The position numbers and the translations under genes were made by a program. A DNA stretch of 64,000 nucleotides from an uncultured delta proteobacterium (GTDB lineage: Bacteria; Desulfobacterota; Binatia; UBA9968): positions 32,001-96,000 of the forward strand of contig CAWJZV010000041.1 in the NCBI GenBank assembly GCA_963847445.1. The letters run 5' to 3'. This document shows positions 1 to 9,895 of the stretch, piece after piece. The notes under the pieces are model-generated. The model was not told the DNA's origin and did no database searches. It worked only from the letters and a program-made list of their open reading frames with translations. Numbering within the stretch: the first letter of the stretch is position 1; every line of letters starts with the position of its first letter.

Positions 1-674
1 TGGCCTGGGCGGTGTAGAAGGGTTGGGGCGACGCGGTTCGGTGCAGCGGATCGAACTTCCAGACCCATTTGCCAGCGTCATTTTGTTTCATTGCGGCCTG
101 TGCCAGAGCTTTGCGGCAAATGCTCTCCTGCAATCGCGGATTGGTCTGTCGTAATTGATTGGCGCCGGCCTCGACGCTGGAGTATTCGCGAAAGTGATTG
201 CGGCCGCGTTCGCGGATTTCACCGATCCATTGCGCCATGCGCAGCGGCGCGTCGGCAAAATTCATGCCGACCGGGCCGACGCCTTCGATGAGCACGAGTT
301 TTGTGACGCGCTCCGGAAAGGCGCCGGTGTAGAGCAGCGAAATCGTGCCGCCCATGGAGTGGCCGATGAGTTTGATGGACTTGACGCCGAGAGCTTGGAT
401 CACGCAATCGAGGTCGAGTACGTAGTCGGGGAAATGGTAATAGCCGCCGCCGCCCACCCAGCCGCTATCGCCATGGCCGCGGCAGTCGGGAGCGACGATC
501 CACAGCGGCCGCGCGGCGCGCCGTTGTAACTCGGCGACGAAGGGTGTCCAGCTAAAGGCCAGATCGAGAAAACCATGGACGAGCACCAACGGCTCGCCGT
601 CGGGATCGCCCCACTCGAGGCAATGAATCGGCAAGCCGAGGGAGTCGACAGTATCGATGGCGAGGCTCGGACAT
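1..674 (-). CDS. alpha/beta fold hydrolase (runs off window edge; frameshift near N-terminus)
   Basis: Manual minus-strand translation: LEWGDPDGEPLVLVHGFLDLAFSW...APDCRGHGDS...LIGHSMGG (GxSxG nucleophile motif). Not in the ORF track. Confidence 0.85.
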
Positions 675-687
675 GGCGCAGGTCGGG

Positions 688-1166
688 CTAGATGCGTTGA
701 ATCGGCACTTCGACGAAGTCGGTTTTCTCACTCGACCACGCGAAGGCTTTGATGGCTTTCACGTTGCGGTCGTAGATCGATACGACAATTTGAACGCTGT
801 CGGGATAAGGTCGGTTCTCCAAAAGGAGTAGCAGAATCACTGATCCTCGTGCGAAAAATAGGCTCGATGATTTGGGTGAGAGTGATAAAACGCTTTAAGC
901 GTGTCGCCAATTTTCTCCCGCTTCAAGCAAAAGCGAGTCTAAGACTCTAACGTCCATGTTGTAAGCGATGGCTGCCGTGCGCGGATGGGTCTTGGGATCG
1001 AGGGCGTGAAGTTCGTTCTGAAGATTTCTCAGGCGTTGAACGCGATCGCGTTATTCCGTTTGAAAGCACGACACCGCAGCATTCTTCCGGAAACTCGTCT
1101 TCGGCATGGCGTGAAATTTCGTTCCACGCGGCTTCAGTTATGCACGACTTCGGTTGGTTTGCCCAT
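688..1166 (-). CDS. JAB/MPN+ (M67, Mec-like) metalloisopeptidase, several frameshifts
   Basis: Manual translation across frames: EISRHAEDEFPEECCGVVL...LQNELHALDPKTHPRTAAIAYNM...AFYHSHPNHRAYFSHED...IVVSIYDRNVKAIKAFAW. This contains the E...HxH-x7-S-x2-D JAMM motif. Confidence 0.8.
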
Positions 1167-1321
1167 ACTAGTTCATGTCTCTGCGCCGAATGGAGAATTC
1201 TTTAGCACAAGATACCCCGCAGTGCCATTGAGCGCGCCGACCTCCCGAATCGATGGCACCGCAGCCAGCGACCGACACTCAGGTAGACTCGACAGCGAAA
1301 AATAGCCGCAGAAAAATTGAG

Positions 1322-2018
1322 CTAGAAAGTCGGTGCCTTGCGATTGGTGTAGCGTTTGTAGACGTCGAGCACCAGGGTGGCGTACTCTTGGGAAAACTCT
1401 TCATTGTTCTCCAAGCGGTTTTGCAACTCCGACGGCCCAGCGTTGTAGGCGATCAAGGCGAGGTTGAGATTGCGAAATTGTTTTCTGAGATCGTGCAGAT
1501 AGTAGACGCCCATGCGGATGTTCAAGATCGGATCGTCGAGGGACTCGGGCCGGTAGGCGACCGGCTGCACGCCAAGTTCGCGGCCCAGAGTGTCGGTCAA
1601 GAACTTGCCGGTGTCGGGCATGATTTGCATAATGCCGCGAGCGCCCACCGGCGAGATCGCCGAGTATTGAAAGCGGCTTTCCACTTCGATCACCGCAATT
1701 ACCAGCATCGGATCGAGGTTGCGCTTCAAACTTTCTTCGAGGATGACTTCGGAAACCCGCCAGGCTTCGGAATCGGTAATGTCGGCGCGATGGGATTTGA
1801 CGATGTTGTAAACTTTGACCAGCTCTTTGGGTCGGGGTCTTTCGACCACTTCGACGATTTTGACGATTTCGGTAATTTTGGGCGCGTTGCCAGTTCTGCG
1901 GAAAACCTCGGAAAGCCATCAGCGCCGGCATAAACAAAGCGACGGCGAGGACCAGTTTCGCGCAAACGCTGCCGCAGCTTAAAGTACGAGTGTGCGTTTT
2001 TTTACGACGTGTCTGCAT
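1322..2018 (-). CDS. lytic transglycosylase, SLT domain, N-terminal membrane anchor (frameshifted)
   Basis: AVIEVESRF, AISPVGARGIMQIMP and ALIAYNAGP are SLT motifs; the hydrophobic N-terminus lies in ORF 1401..2018. Confidence 0.88.
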
Positions 2019-2211
2019 ACTTTAATTCCTTGGATTTTGAAATTGTTGAAACCGACGACGCGTTTCGAAAGTTCGAAAGCTGGTGATTAACTATCAAACG
2101 GCTTCGGTCAAGTCAATCGCAAGAATAAAAAAATGCTACTTGGCGACTGGAGAAATCGCGGCCCGACATCGCGAAAATATTTTCTTAAGAAAAACCTTTT
2201 GCTACGCCGCG

Positions 2212-2250
2212 AAAAAAACAAGGGGCAAGGAAATCCTCCTTGCCCCTTGT
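2212..2250 (-). terminator. intrinsic terminator after the UbiD-family gene
   Basis: 13-bp inverted repeat ACAAGGGGCAAGG/CCTTGCCCCTTGT followed by a T run on the minus strand. Confidence 0.85.
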
Positions 2251-2275
2251 CGTCAACTTGACTTGATGTGTGAAA

Positions 2276-3849
2276 TTATCGGCCGGTGCGCGCCAGTGAA
2301 TGAACCCAGCCCTGCATGCGGCTCTTGGCGTTTTGAATGTCTTTGTCGCTGAACCATTTCTTCAGATCGACCTTGTCGACCGGGTAGACCGGCCGCATGA
2401 AATCGCTCTCGTAGCCGAACGGCACGGTGGCGTCGATGCCCATGCCGCCTTCGAAATTGGTATTCGATGCGGTCCATTCTTTTTCGCCGGCGGTCATGCG
2501 CTCGGCGGGCATGAAGGTTTGGCCGCGGCCGCCGGGCAGCGGATTGATGATGTCGGTCTTGGGATTGACGCGCGTGGTGATGTTCCACATGATGTCGTCC
2601 ATGTCGTAGGGATCGCTGTCTTCGCTGACGGCGACCACCACAGCGCGAGCCTTGCGAGGTCGCGAGGATCGCCGCCATGAAATTGCGCTGCCAGCCTTCT
2701 TCGATGCGGTTGCGTTTCTTTACCTGAATGATCGCGCCGCCCCAATCGGTCATGCAGTAGGGGATGTTGACGTCCATGATGATGCCGGGCTGCATTCTTT
2801 CGCAAAGCTCGAACATCGCCGCCTCGCGCACCGTGGTGTCGATGTTGTGATCGTCGAGGGTGTGCACGCCGAGCGGGAAGATGATCGGCTTGCCTTCGCG
2901 CTTGCGGGTGGTCACGGCGGTGACATGGAAGGTCGGCGCTTTGTAGGCTTTGCCCATGTAGCCGGCCCATTCCGGATGGAAATGGAAGCGGCCTTGGATG
3001 CCGGCTTTTTCCGATTCCGCGGTTTCGAAACGGCGATCGCGCGGATTGACGTAACCTTCGAGAATGACTTCCGCGTCGGCCAGAGCATAGGCGTCAACGG
3101 TGCGCGCTTTGACCAAACGCATGGGCGCGCCTTGCACGGCGCCGGCGATGCCGACTTCATCGCAGCCTTGCGGCAGGATGACGTAATCGAAACCGGCGCC
3201 GGCGAGCAGCGAGCCCGCCACCGGCAAGCCGAAGTTCATGGTGATCGGCACCATTTTGTTGTCTTTGTAATACTTGCTGACGACCTGCCACATGTGCGAG
3301 CCGGGGGATATTTGGAAAGTGCCGACATTGCCCCAGCGGAAGTTCATGCGGTTGTAGCCGAGATCGGTGCCGCCGTTGAAATACTCGCCGGAGATCAAGC
3401 GGTTGCCGGAACCGACGGTCAATTCGGGCTCGATGTCGGTGTGACGGATCGGCACGACAAAGTCGTTGGCTTCCGCCGGCTTCTCGTAAACTTCTTCTTG
3501 CACCGGCGCGTCTTTTTGATCGACGACGATGGGCGCGAATCGGATGGGTGATGGCGTAGGCGAGTTTTCGCGTGCGATCGGCGTGATCTTTCCAGCCGAA
3601 CATCTTGTTGATGACGTTCATGTCGCCGAACAAATTGGTGATACAGCGATGCTGCGGCTTGCCTTTGACGTTGTTGAAAAGGATCGGGCAACCGCCGTCG
3701 AGCTTTTTCTGAATGCCGGTGAGTTCCAGGTTGGGGTCGACCTCTTTGTCGGTGACGATGATGTCCCCTTCTTTTTTCATCCACTCGATCGCGCTGCGTA
3801 GATCTCTTGCTTCCTCCGGCGATGCGCCGTCTCGCTTAGCTTGTGCCAT
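2276..3849 (-). CDS. UbiD family (prFMN-dependent) decarboxylase, split into three ORFs by frameshifts
   Basis: DLRSAIEWMKKEGD..KEVDPNLEL, ILFNNVKG, GYNRM, ADAEVILEGYV, VSEDSDPYDMDDIMWNITTRVNP, MGIDATVP. Confidence 0.88.
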
Positions 3850-4195
3850 TCTTTCCCTCCGAATGATTTACTTTTCTGATCTCAACTGAACGCGGTAAAC
3901 AAATCCCTAAACCGACAGCTTTATTGAAGATCTAAGACCTTCGGCAAACAAAATTGATGGGAAATTAATCCAAATCAGGCTGTTTGAATGGTGCCTAGGA
4001 ATATACAGAATTTCTCCCAAAGTCAACGAAGGCTCGGTCGATCGGCGCGGTCGATTCGATATTCCGGCCTGCGGTGCGATCGCGTCGTGTCGCTACAGTT
4101 GCACGGGACCTTTTGGGCGCATATTGCGACTTTACAGTTACTATGCGGCCTGCTATCTGTGCTGGATTATCGTTGCGGATTCCTGAGGAGAGTTT

Positions 4196-7100
4196 ATGGC
4201 CGTTGGCGTTCTGCGTTCTAAACAGGATTGGCTCTTGCTCGTCGGTCTGTTTTGTTTCTTTTTTTCCGGCGCGGCCGGACTGATTTACCAGGTGGTCTGG
4301 ACCCGGATGTTGTCGCAGATATTCGGCAATACCACTTACGCCATCGCCACGGTGTTGTCGGCCTTCATGGCAGGATTGGCCATCGGCAGTTACTGGTTCG
4401 GCAAGATCGCCGACCGCGGCAAGAATGATTTCTTGTTGTACGGCCTGCTCGAAGCCGGGGTCGGCGTCTACGGATTCCTCGTGCCGTGGTTTTTCGCCGG
4501 GGCGCAAAAAGTCTACGGACCGATCTTCTCGCTCAACGAAAGCCATCCGTTTCTTTTCAATCTGTTCTTGTTCTTTCTTTCCTTCGTCTTGCTGGTGTTC
4601 CCAACTTTATTGATGGGCGCGACTTTGCCGGTGCTGAGCCGCTTTTACGTGCGCAGCTTCGCGCAGTTCGGCCGCCGCGTCGGCGATCTTTACGCGACCA
4701 ATACGCTGGGCGCGGTGATCGGCTGCGCCGCGGGCGGATTTTTCTTGATTCCGGTCTATGGCATGCGCACTACGGTCTACGTCGCCGCCGGCGTCAATAT
4801 GGTGATCGCCATCGTCATTCTGATCGTCGATCGCCTGCGCGATCCTGAGCCGGTGGCCGCTGCCAGGCGGAGACCGAAGCGCGCAGCCAGGACGCTGCCA
4901 GCGCCGCGGCGCAAGGCTCAACTTATCTTGACTGGGTGTTGCTCGGCTCTTTCGCGCTCTCCGGATTTCGCCTCGTTGGTTTATGAAAATGCCTGGACGC
5001 GCTCGCTCACGCTGGTCATCGGCAGTTCGATCTATTCGTTTACGACCATGCTGGTGACTTTTCTCATCGGCCTGGCGTTGGGCGGATTTATTTATGCGCG
5101 GGTTCTGGGCAATCGCGAAGCGCGCTTGAGCACCTTCGGCCTGCATCGAGCTATGGGTCGGCTTGTCGGCGCTGGCGACGATCCCGCTGTTCGAGCGCCT
5201 GCCGCTGATCTTTGTCCGATTGCTGCATGGCTTCGGCGATACCTTCACGGTTTTTCTTTACTTGCAGATTTTTCTGTCGGCGCTGGTGATGTTCATTCCG
5301 ACTATTCTATTGGGGATGACGTTTCCGCTGGTGGCGCGGCTGTTTACCCAAAGCCTTTATCGCGTTGGCAGCGGCGTCGGCAGTTCCTATGCGGCCAATA
5401 CTGTCGGCGCGGTACTCGGCGCCTTCGCCGGCGGCTTCATTTTGATTCCCCAACATCGGCGTGCAGAACACGATCATCTTCGGCGTGGTGCTGAATCTTG
5501 TTGATCGGTTGCTGGTTGATTGTCAGCGACGCGCGGCTGTCGTTCGTTGCCGCGTTATGCGCTTGGGCTTGCGGTATTGATTCTGGCGGCGATCGTACCG
5601 TTCAAGGTCAAGCGCTGGGACCCGCAGTATATTGACCAGCGGCGTGACGATTTACAACGATCGCTACGAGGCGCTGCCGAGCGATTCATTGCGCATCGAA
5701 GAGATGAAGCGCGACGAGGTGCTGTTTTACCGCGAGGGGCTGACGACCACGGTCAGCGTCCACAAGATCCTTGGCAGCGATTATATTTACTTCAAATCCA
5801 ACGGCAAGATCGACGGTTCCTACGGCGATGCGCTGAGCCAGTTGATGACCAGCTACATCGCCATGATGCTGCATCCGAAGGCCGAGACCGCGCTGACCAT
5901 CGGACTGGGCAGCGGCATGTCGGCCAAGGCGCTGGCGACGTTTAAGTCGCTCAAGGACATCGAAGTCATCGAGATCGAGCCGGCGATGATCGAAGCGAGT
6001 AAGTTTTTCGACCGGCAGTCGGTGCGCGTCGATAAATTCCCGGCAGGGGTGAGCTTTCCCCGCCGACGATAGCAAGGGCCGGGTCTGGTACAACGCGGCG
6101 GAAAAGCGTCTCTATTATAAAGGCGTCATGAGCGATGCCGAACGCACCGAGTTGATGAATCGCTCGGAGGACAAAGATTATCGCGGCATGATCGACCGGC
6201 TCTACCGCAACGCCCGCCACTCGCGCCACTCGAGCGTCTTGGAAGACAAGCGGGTGCGGGTGATTCCCACCGATGGGCGCAACTATATTTTAGCGACGCC
6301 GAAATTTTACGACGTCATCACCGCCGAGCCGTCCAATCCGTGGATCGCCGGCATCGCCAATCTGTATACCCGCGAGTTTTACCAGGTCATCAAGTCGAAG
6401 ATTAAAGACGACGGCATTTTCGCCCAGTGGTTTCACAACTATTCGATGTCGCCGGACGATTTCCGCATGGTCTTTCGCACCTTCGCCGAAGCGTTTCCCC
6501 ATGTCTCGCTGTGGAGCATGAAGGAAAGCGACTTCCTGCTCATCGGCAGCAAGAAGGAGCAGATGTTTGACTATCCGGCGGTCAAAGCGATTTTCGACAA
6601 CAACGAAATGCTCCGTTCGGACTTCCAGTATCTGGGTCTGTCGGATGTTTATGCCGTGCAGGGATTCTACCGCATGGGCAAGGACGGCTTTCTAGCGTTC
6701 TCCAAGGGCGCGAGGATCAATACCGACGATGGCGCGGAATTGGAGTTCTCCGCGCCCAAGAACCTGCGCCGCGCGACCACGGAGCTCAACCGGCGGATCA
6801 TGACGCCTTTTCTCGTCGATACGCCGCCTTGGCTGAAAAAAGGTTCCTTACCGGTGCCCCAGGCGATGCATCATTTTTACCTGGCGCAATCCTATGCCGC
6901 GAGCGTGGCGCGCAACCGTGCCTTGACCGAGCTTGAAGAAGCGATCCGCTTGGAGCCGAAGAATCCCAAGTTTCAATTGCTGAAAATGAAAATCCTCTTA
7001 GAGCAGGACAAGAGCACCGAGGGCGCGCAGGCGGCGTTCAAGGCGCTGGAGCAAGGCGCCGAGCATATTCCCGATGTCCTCGCCATGAGCGATGAGTTTT

Positions 7101-7642
7101 ATTTGCCCGACGCCAAGGTGGTTTACAAAAAGATCATCGACATGGGAACTAAAGAAGTGTTGCCGTACTTGGGTCTCGGCAACATCGCGTTGCACTCAGG
7201 CGATATCGCCGAAGCTGAGAAATGGTTCATTCCGGCCCGTGAGTTGCAGCCGGAACATCCGGCGGTTTTGCTGGCCTGGGGCCGCCTAACCGCGGTCAAA
7301 GGCAATCGCACGACCGACGCGGCGCAGGCTAAGAAAGAGCGCCAAGAAGCGCGCCGGTTGCTCGAGTTATCGAAAACCAAAGGCGAGGAATCCGCCACGA
7401 TATTCACGGAATTAGGCGCGGTCTACTTTAAGCTCGAGATGTGGGACAAGGCGGCGGAGAATTATGAAGTCGCCCTGCGCATGCGCCGGCGCCGCAACGA
7501 TCTGCGCATGGAGCTGGGAAAAGCCTATGCCAAGCTCGGCAGGACGGCGGAGGCTGAGCAAAAATTTCGCCAGGTGTTAGCGTTTAGCGCCGACGACGCC
7601 GACGCGTGGCGCGAGTTGCAGTTGCTGGGTAAGGCTTACTGA
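4196..7642 (+). CDS. fused multi-TM/spermidine-synthase-like methyltransferase with C-terminal TPR repeats (frameshifted)
   Basis: FFFSGAAGLIYQVVWTR, LYATNTLGA, NGKIDGS, IGLGSGMS, IEIEPAM, DGRNY, DVITAEPSNPWIAG..NLYTREFY; TPR-like helical C-terminus. Confidence 0.88.
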
Positions 7643-7844
7643 GTTTCCGACTAGCGCGATTCACCACGGCGAACATGGTTCGAGCGCTCATCATCAGCGA
7701 CGAGTCGGCAGCCGCAGCGAAACGCTCGTCGGTCAGCATTAGTTCCTGAATCTAAAGCAACTGGCGCACAAAATTCGGGGTTACCGGCGGTTGGGTCGCA
7801 GCTGGTCGTATGCCGCGATAGTTTTTGAATCGAGGAGGCTGCCA

Positions 7845-8658
7845 GTGTTGAAGGAAAAAATCGGCGTGGTCGGCGCGGGGAAAATCGGTGCGGCGATCAT
7901 GCGCGGGATCGTCCGGGCCGGCTTGGCCGGCAAAGATCAAGTGATGGCGAGCGATGTCAGCGAGCAACTGCGCGCTGCCGTGGTCGAAGGAACTCGATAT
8001 CAAGGCGACCGCGGATAACGGCGTGCTGTGCGATTTCGCCGATATTGTCATTCTCGCCGTCAAACCGCAGATCGTCGATCCAGTCGCCAAAGAGATCGCC
8101 AAGAAGCTCGGCAGCAAAAAGCTCCTGGTTTCGGTGGCCGCCGGCGTGCCGATCGCGCGCATCGAGGCCAATTTGGCAAAAGGCGCCCGCGTCGTGCGCG
8201 TGATGCCGAATATCGCTTGCGTCGTCGGCGCCGGCGCGGCGGGATTCGCCGGCGGCAGCAATGCGACGGCGGACGATCTGGAAAAAGTCGGCGCCATCCT
8301 CAATAGCTTCGGCGTCGGCATGCCGGTGGAAGAGAAATACTTGGACGCGGTCACCGGTTTGAGCGGCAGCGGCCCGGCGTATGTTTTGCTGTTCATGGAA
8401 GCGCTCGCCGACGGCGGCGTGCAGGTCGGCCTGGCCCGCGACGTTGCGCTCAAACTCGCCATGCAGACGGTTTATGGCGCCGCCAAGATGGCATTGGAAA
8501 GCAATAAGCATCTGGGCGAGCTCAAAGACGAAGTCACTTCACCCGGCGGCACCACCATCGCCGGACTCTACGCCATGGAGCAAAAGGGTTTCCACGGCAT
8601 CGTTATGGATGCGGTGGTCAATGCGACAAGACGGTCGCAGGAGTTGGGGAAGGGGTAG
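7845..8658 (+). CDS. proC: pyrroline-5-carboxylate reductase (one frameshift)
   Basis: IGVVGAGKIG, ILAVKPQ, VRVMPN, DAVTGLSGSGPAY, VTSPGGTT. Confidence 0.95.
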
Positions 8659-8719
8659 GGATATTAATGCAAAGGGTAAAAGTTAAAAGGCCAAAACTCA
8701 AATCAGCTTCCAGGTTCTG

Positions 8720-9256
8720 CTAGCGATCCTTCCAGCGTTCGACATCGCGCTTGTCGAGGTAACCCGGCTTGCCGCCCTTTTGCGATTCCACTCTCAACCA
8801 GTCACCCTCGGAGCGGATGACGTTGACTTTGATATCCGCCGGAAGCCGGGTTACGACCCGGGCATTGGTGCTCGGTGTTTCACGCAGGTCTTGTTCGCGC
8901 AGCGTGCGATAGGGGCCGGCGACTGATGTGATGGGGATTGACCTGCGGGCGCCCCGGCCGCGGTTGCGGGCGCGGGCGAACTGTTCGTCGATGTAGCCGG
9001 GCTTGCCGCCATGCTTGGACTCGACCTGAAGCCAGAAACCCTCCTTGCCGACGACGTTGATCTGGATGCCCTTGGGCAGGATCGTGATGACTTTATGAAA
9101 GTTGCCGGCGCCTTCGCGTAGTGGAACATCGGCGGTGGTTTCGTAGGAACCTTTGTATTGCTGTGCCTGAACCGGATCCGCACTAAACATTCCGGTCAGC
9201 GCAAGACCGAGCGCAACCAACATACCCGCGGCACCGGCACCGACTCTATGAGCCAT
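8720..9256 (-). CDS. secreted protein with two bacterial SH3 domains
   Basis: Signal peptide, then two repeats of LRExP...LP..I..NV...EG.WL.VES..GGKPGY. Confidence 0.8.
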   Translation of the reverse strand: MAHRVGAGAAGMLVALGLALTGMFSADPVQAQQYKGSYETTADVPLREGAGNFHKVITILPKGIQINVVGKEGFWLQVESKHGGKPGYIDEQFARARNRGRGARRSIPITSVAGPYRTLREQDLRETPSTNARVVTRLPADIKVNVIRSEGDWLRVESQKGGKPGYLDKRDVERWKDR

Positions 9257-9300
9257 TATGGTTCTCCTCACGACCGTTGGACGTATCGATAGCTTATTCG

Positions 9301-9883
9301 TTACTTTTTCTTCCAGTTTCCCTGGCCGTCTTGGATCCACCAACCGGGACGGGCTTGTTCGAGCCAGCTTTTGGCGAAGATCGCTTTGATCTTGGGAATG
9401 CTTTCAGTGGAAATGTTGTTGGCCTTGGCGATCTCGACGTAGAGGTTTTCGCGATCGCGGTTCTCGGCGTCGACCAACTGTTTGGACTCGGCGCGTTCCT
9501 TCAGGTTCAAGTCCGTCGGTGTTGCGGATCGCCAGCAGGCCGTCGGCGGCGATGCCGATGTTGCCGCGATCCATGAACGGTTTGATCGCTTCGCTGCGCG
9601 CCTTGATCGAGTCCTTGATCGCGCGAATCGCCGGATTCGACACGTTGATGTCAGCCTCCTGCGCATGGACTGCGCCGACGAGACTCAGAGATGCCAACCG
9701 CCAAGGCAAAAATCGATTGTCACTTTGCGGCGCCGGCGGCGGGGCTGACTTCGACGGTTCGCCCCAAGTTTCTTTGACGATCTGCTCGGCGGCGCGCTCC
9801 ACCGCGGCGGCAGGGAAATAAATGTTTACGGTTACGCAGGCGCTGACGATGAAGGCCAAAATAAAAGTTGTACGTTTTAACAT
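9301..9883 (-). CDS. YdbL/DUF1318 family lipoprotein (frameshifted)
   Basis: Lipobox VSAC-VTVNIYFPAAA; GNIGIAADGLL; LVDAENRDRENLYVEIAKAN; ARPGWWIQ. Confidence 0.85.
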
Positions 9884-9895
9884 TGCTCCTCCGGG

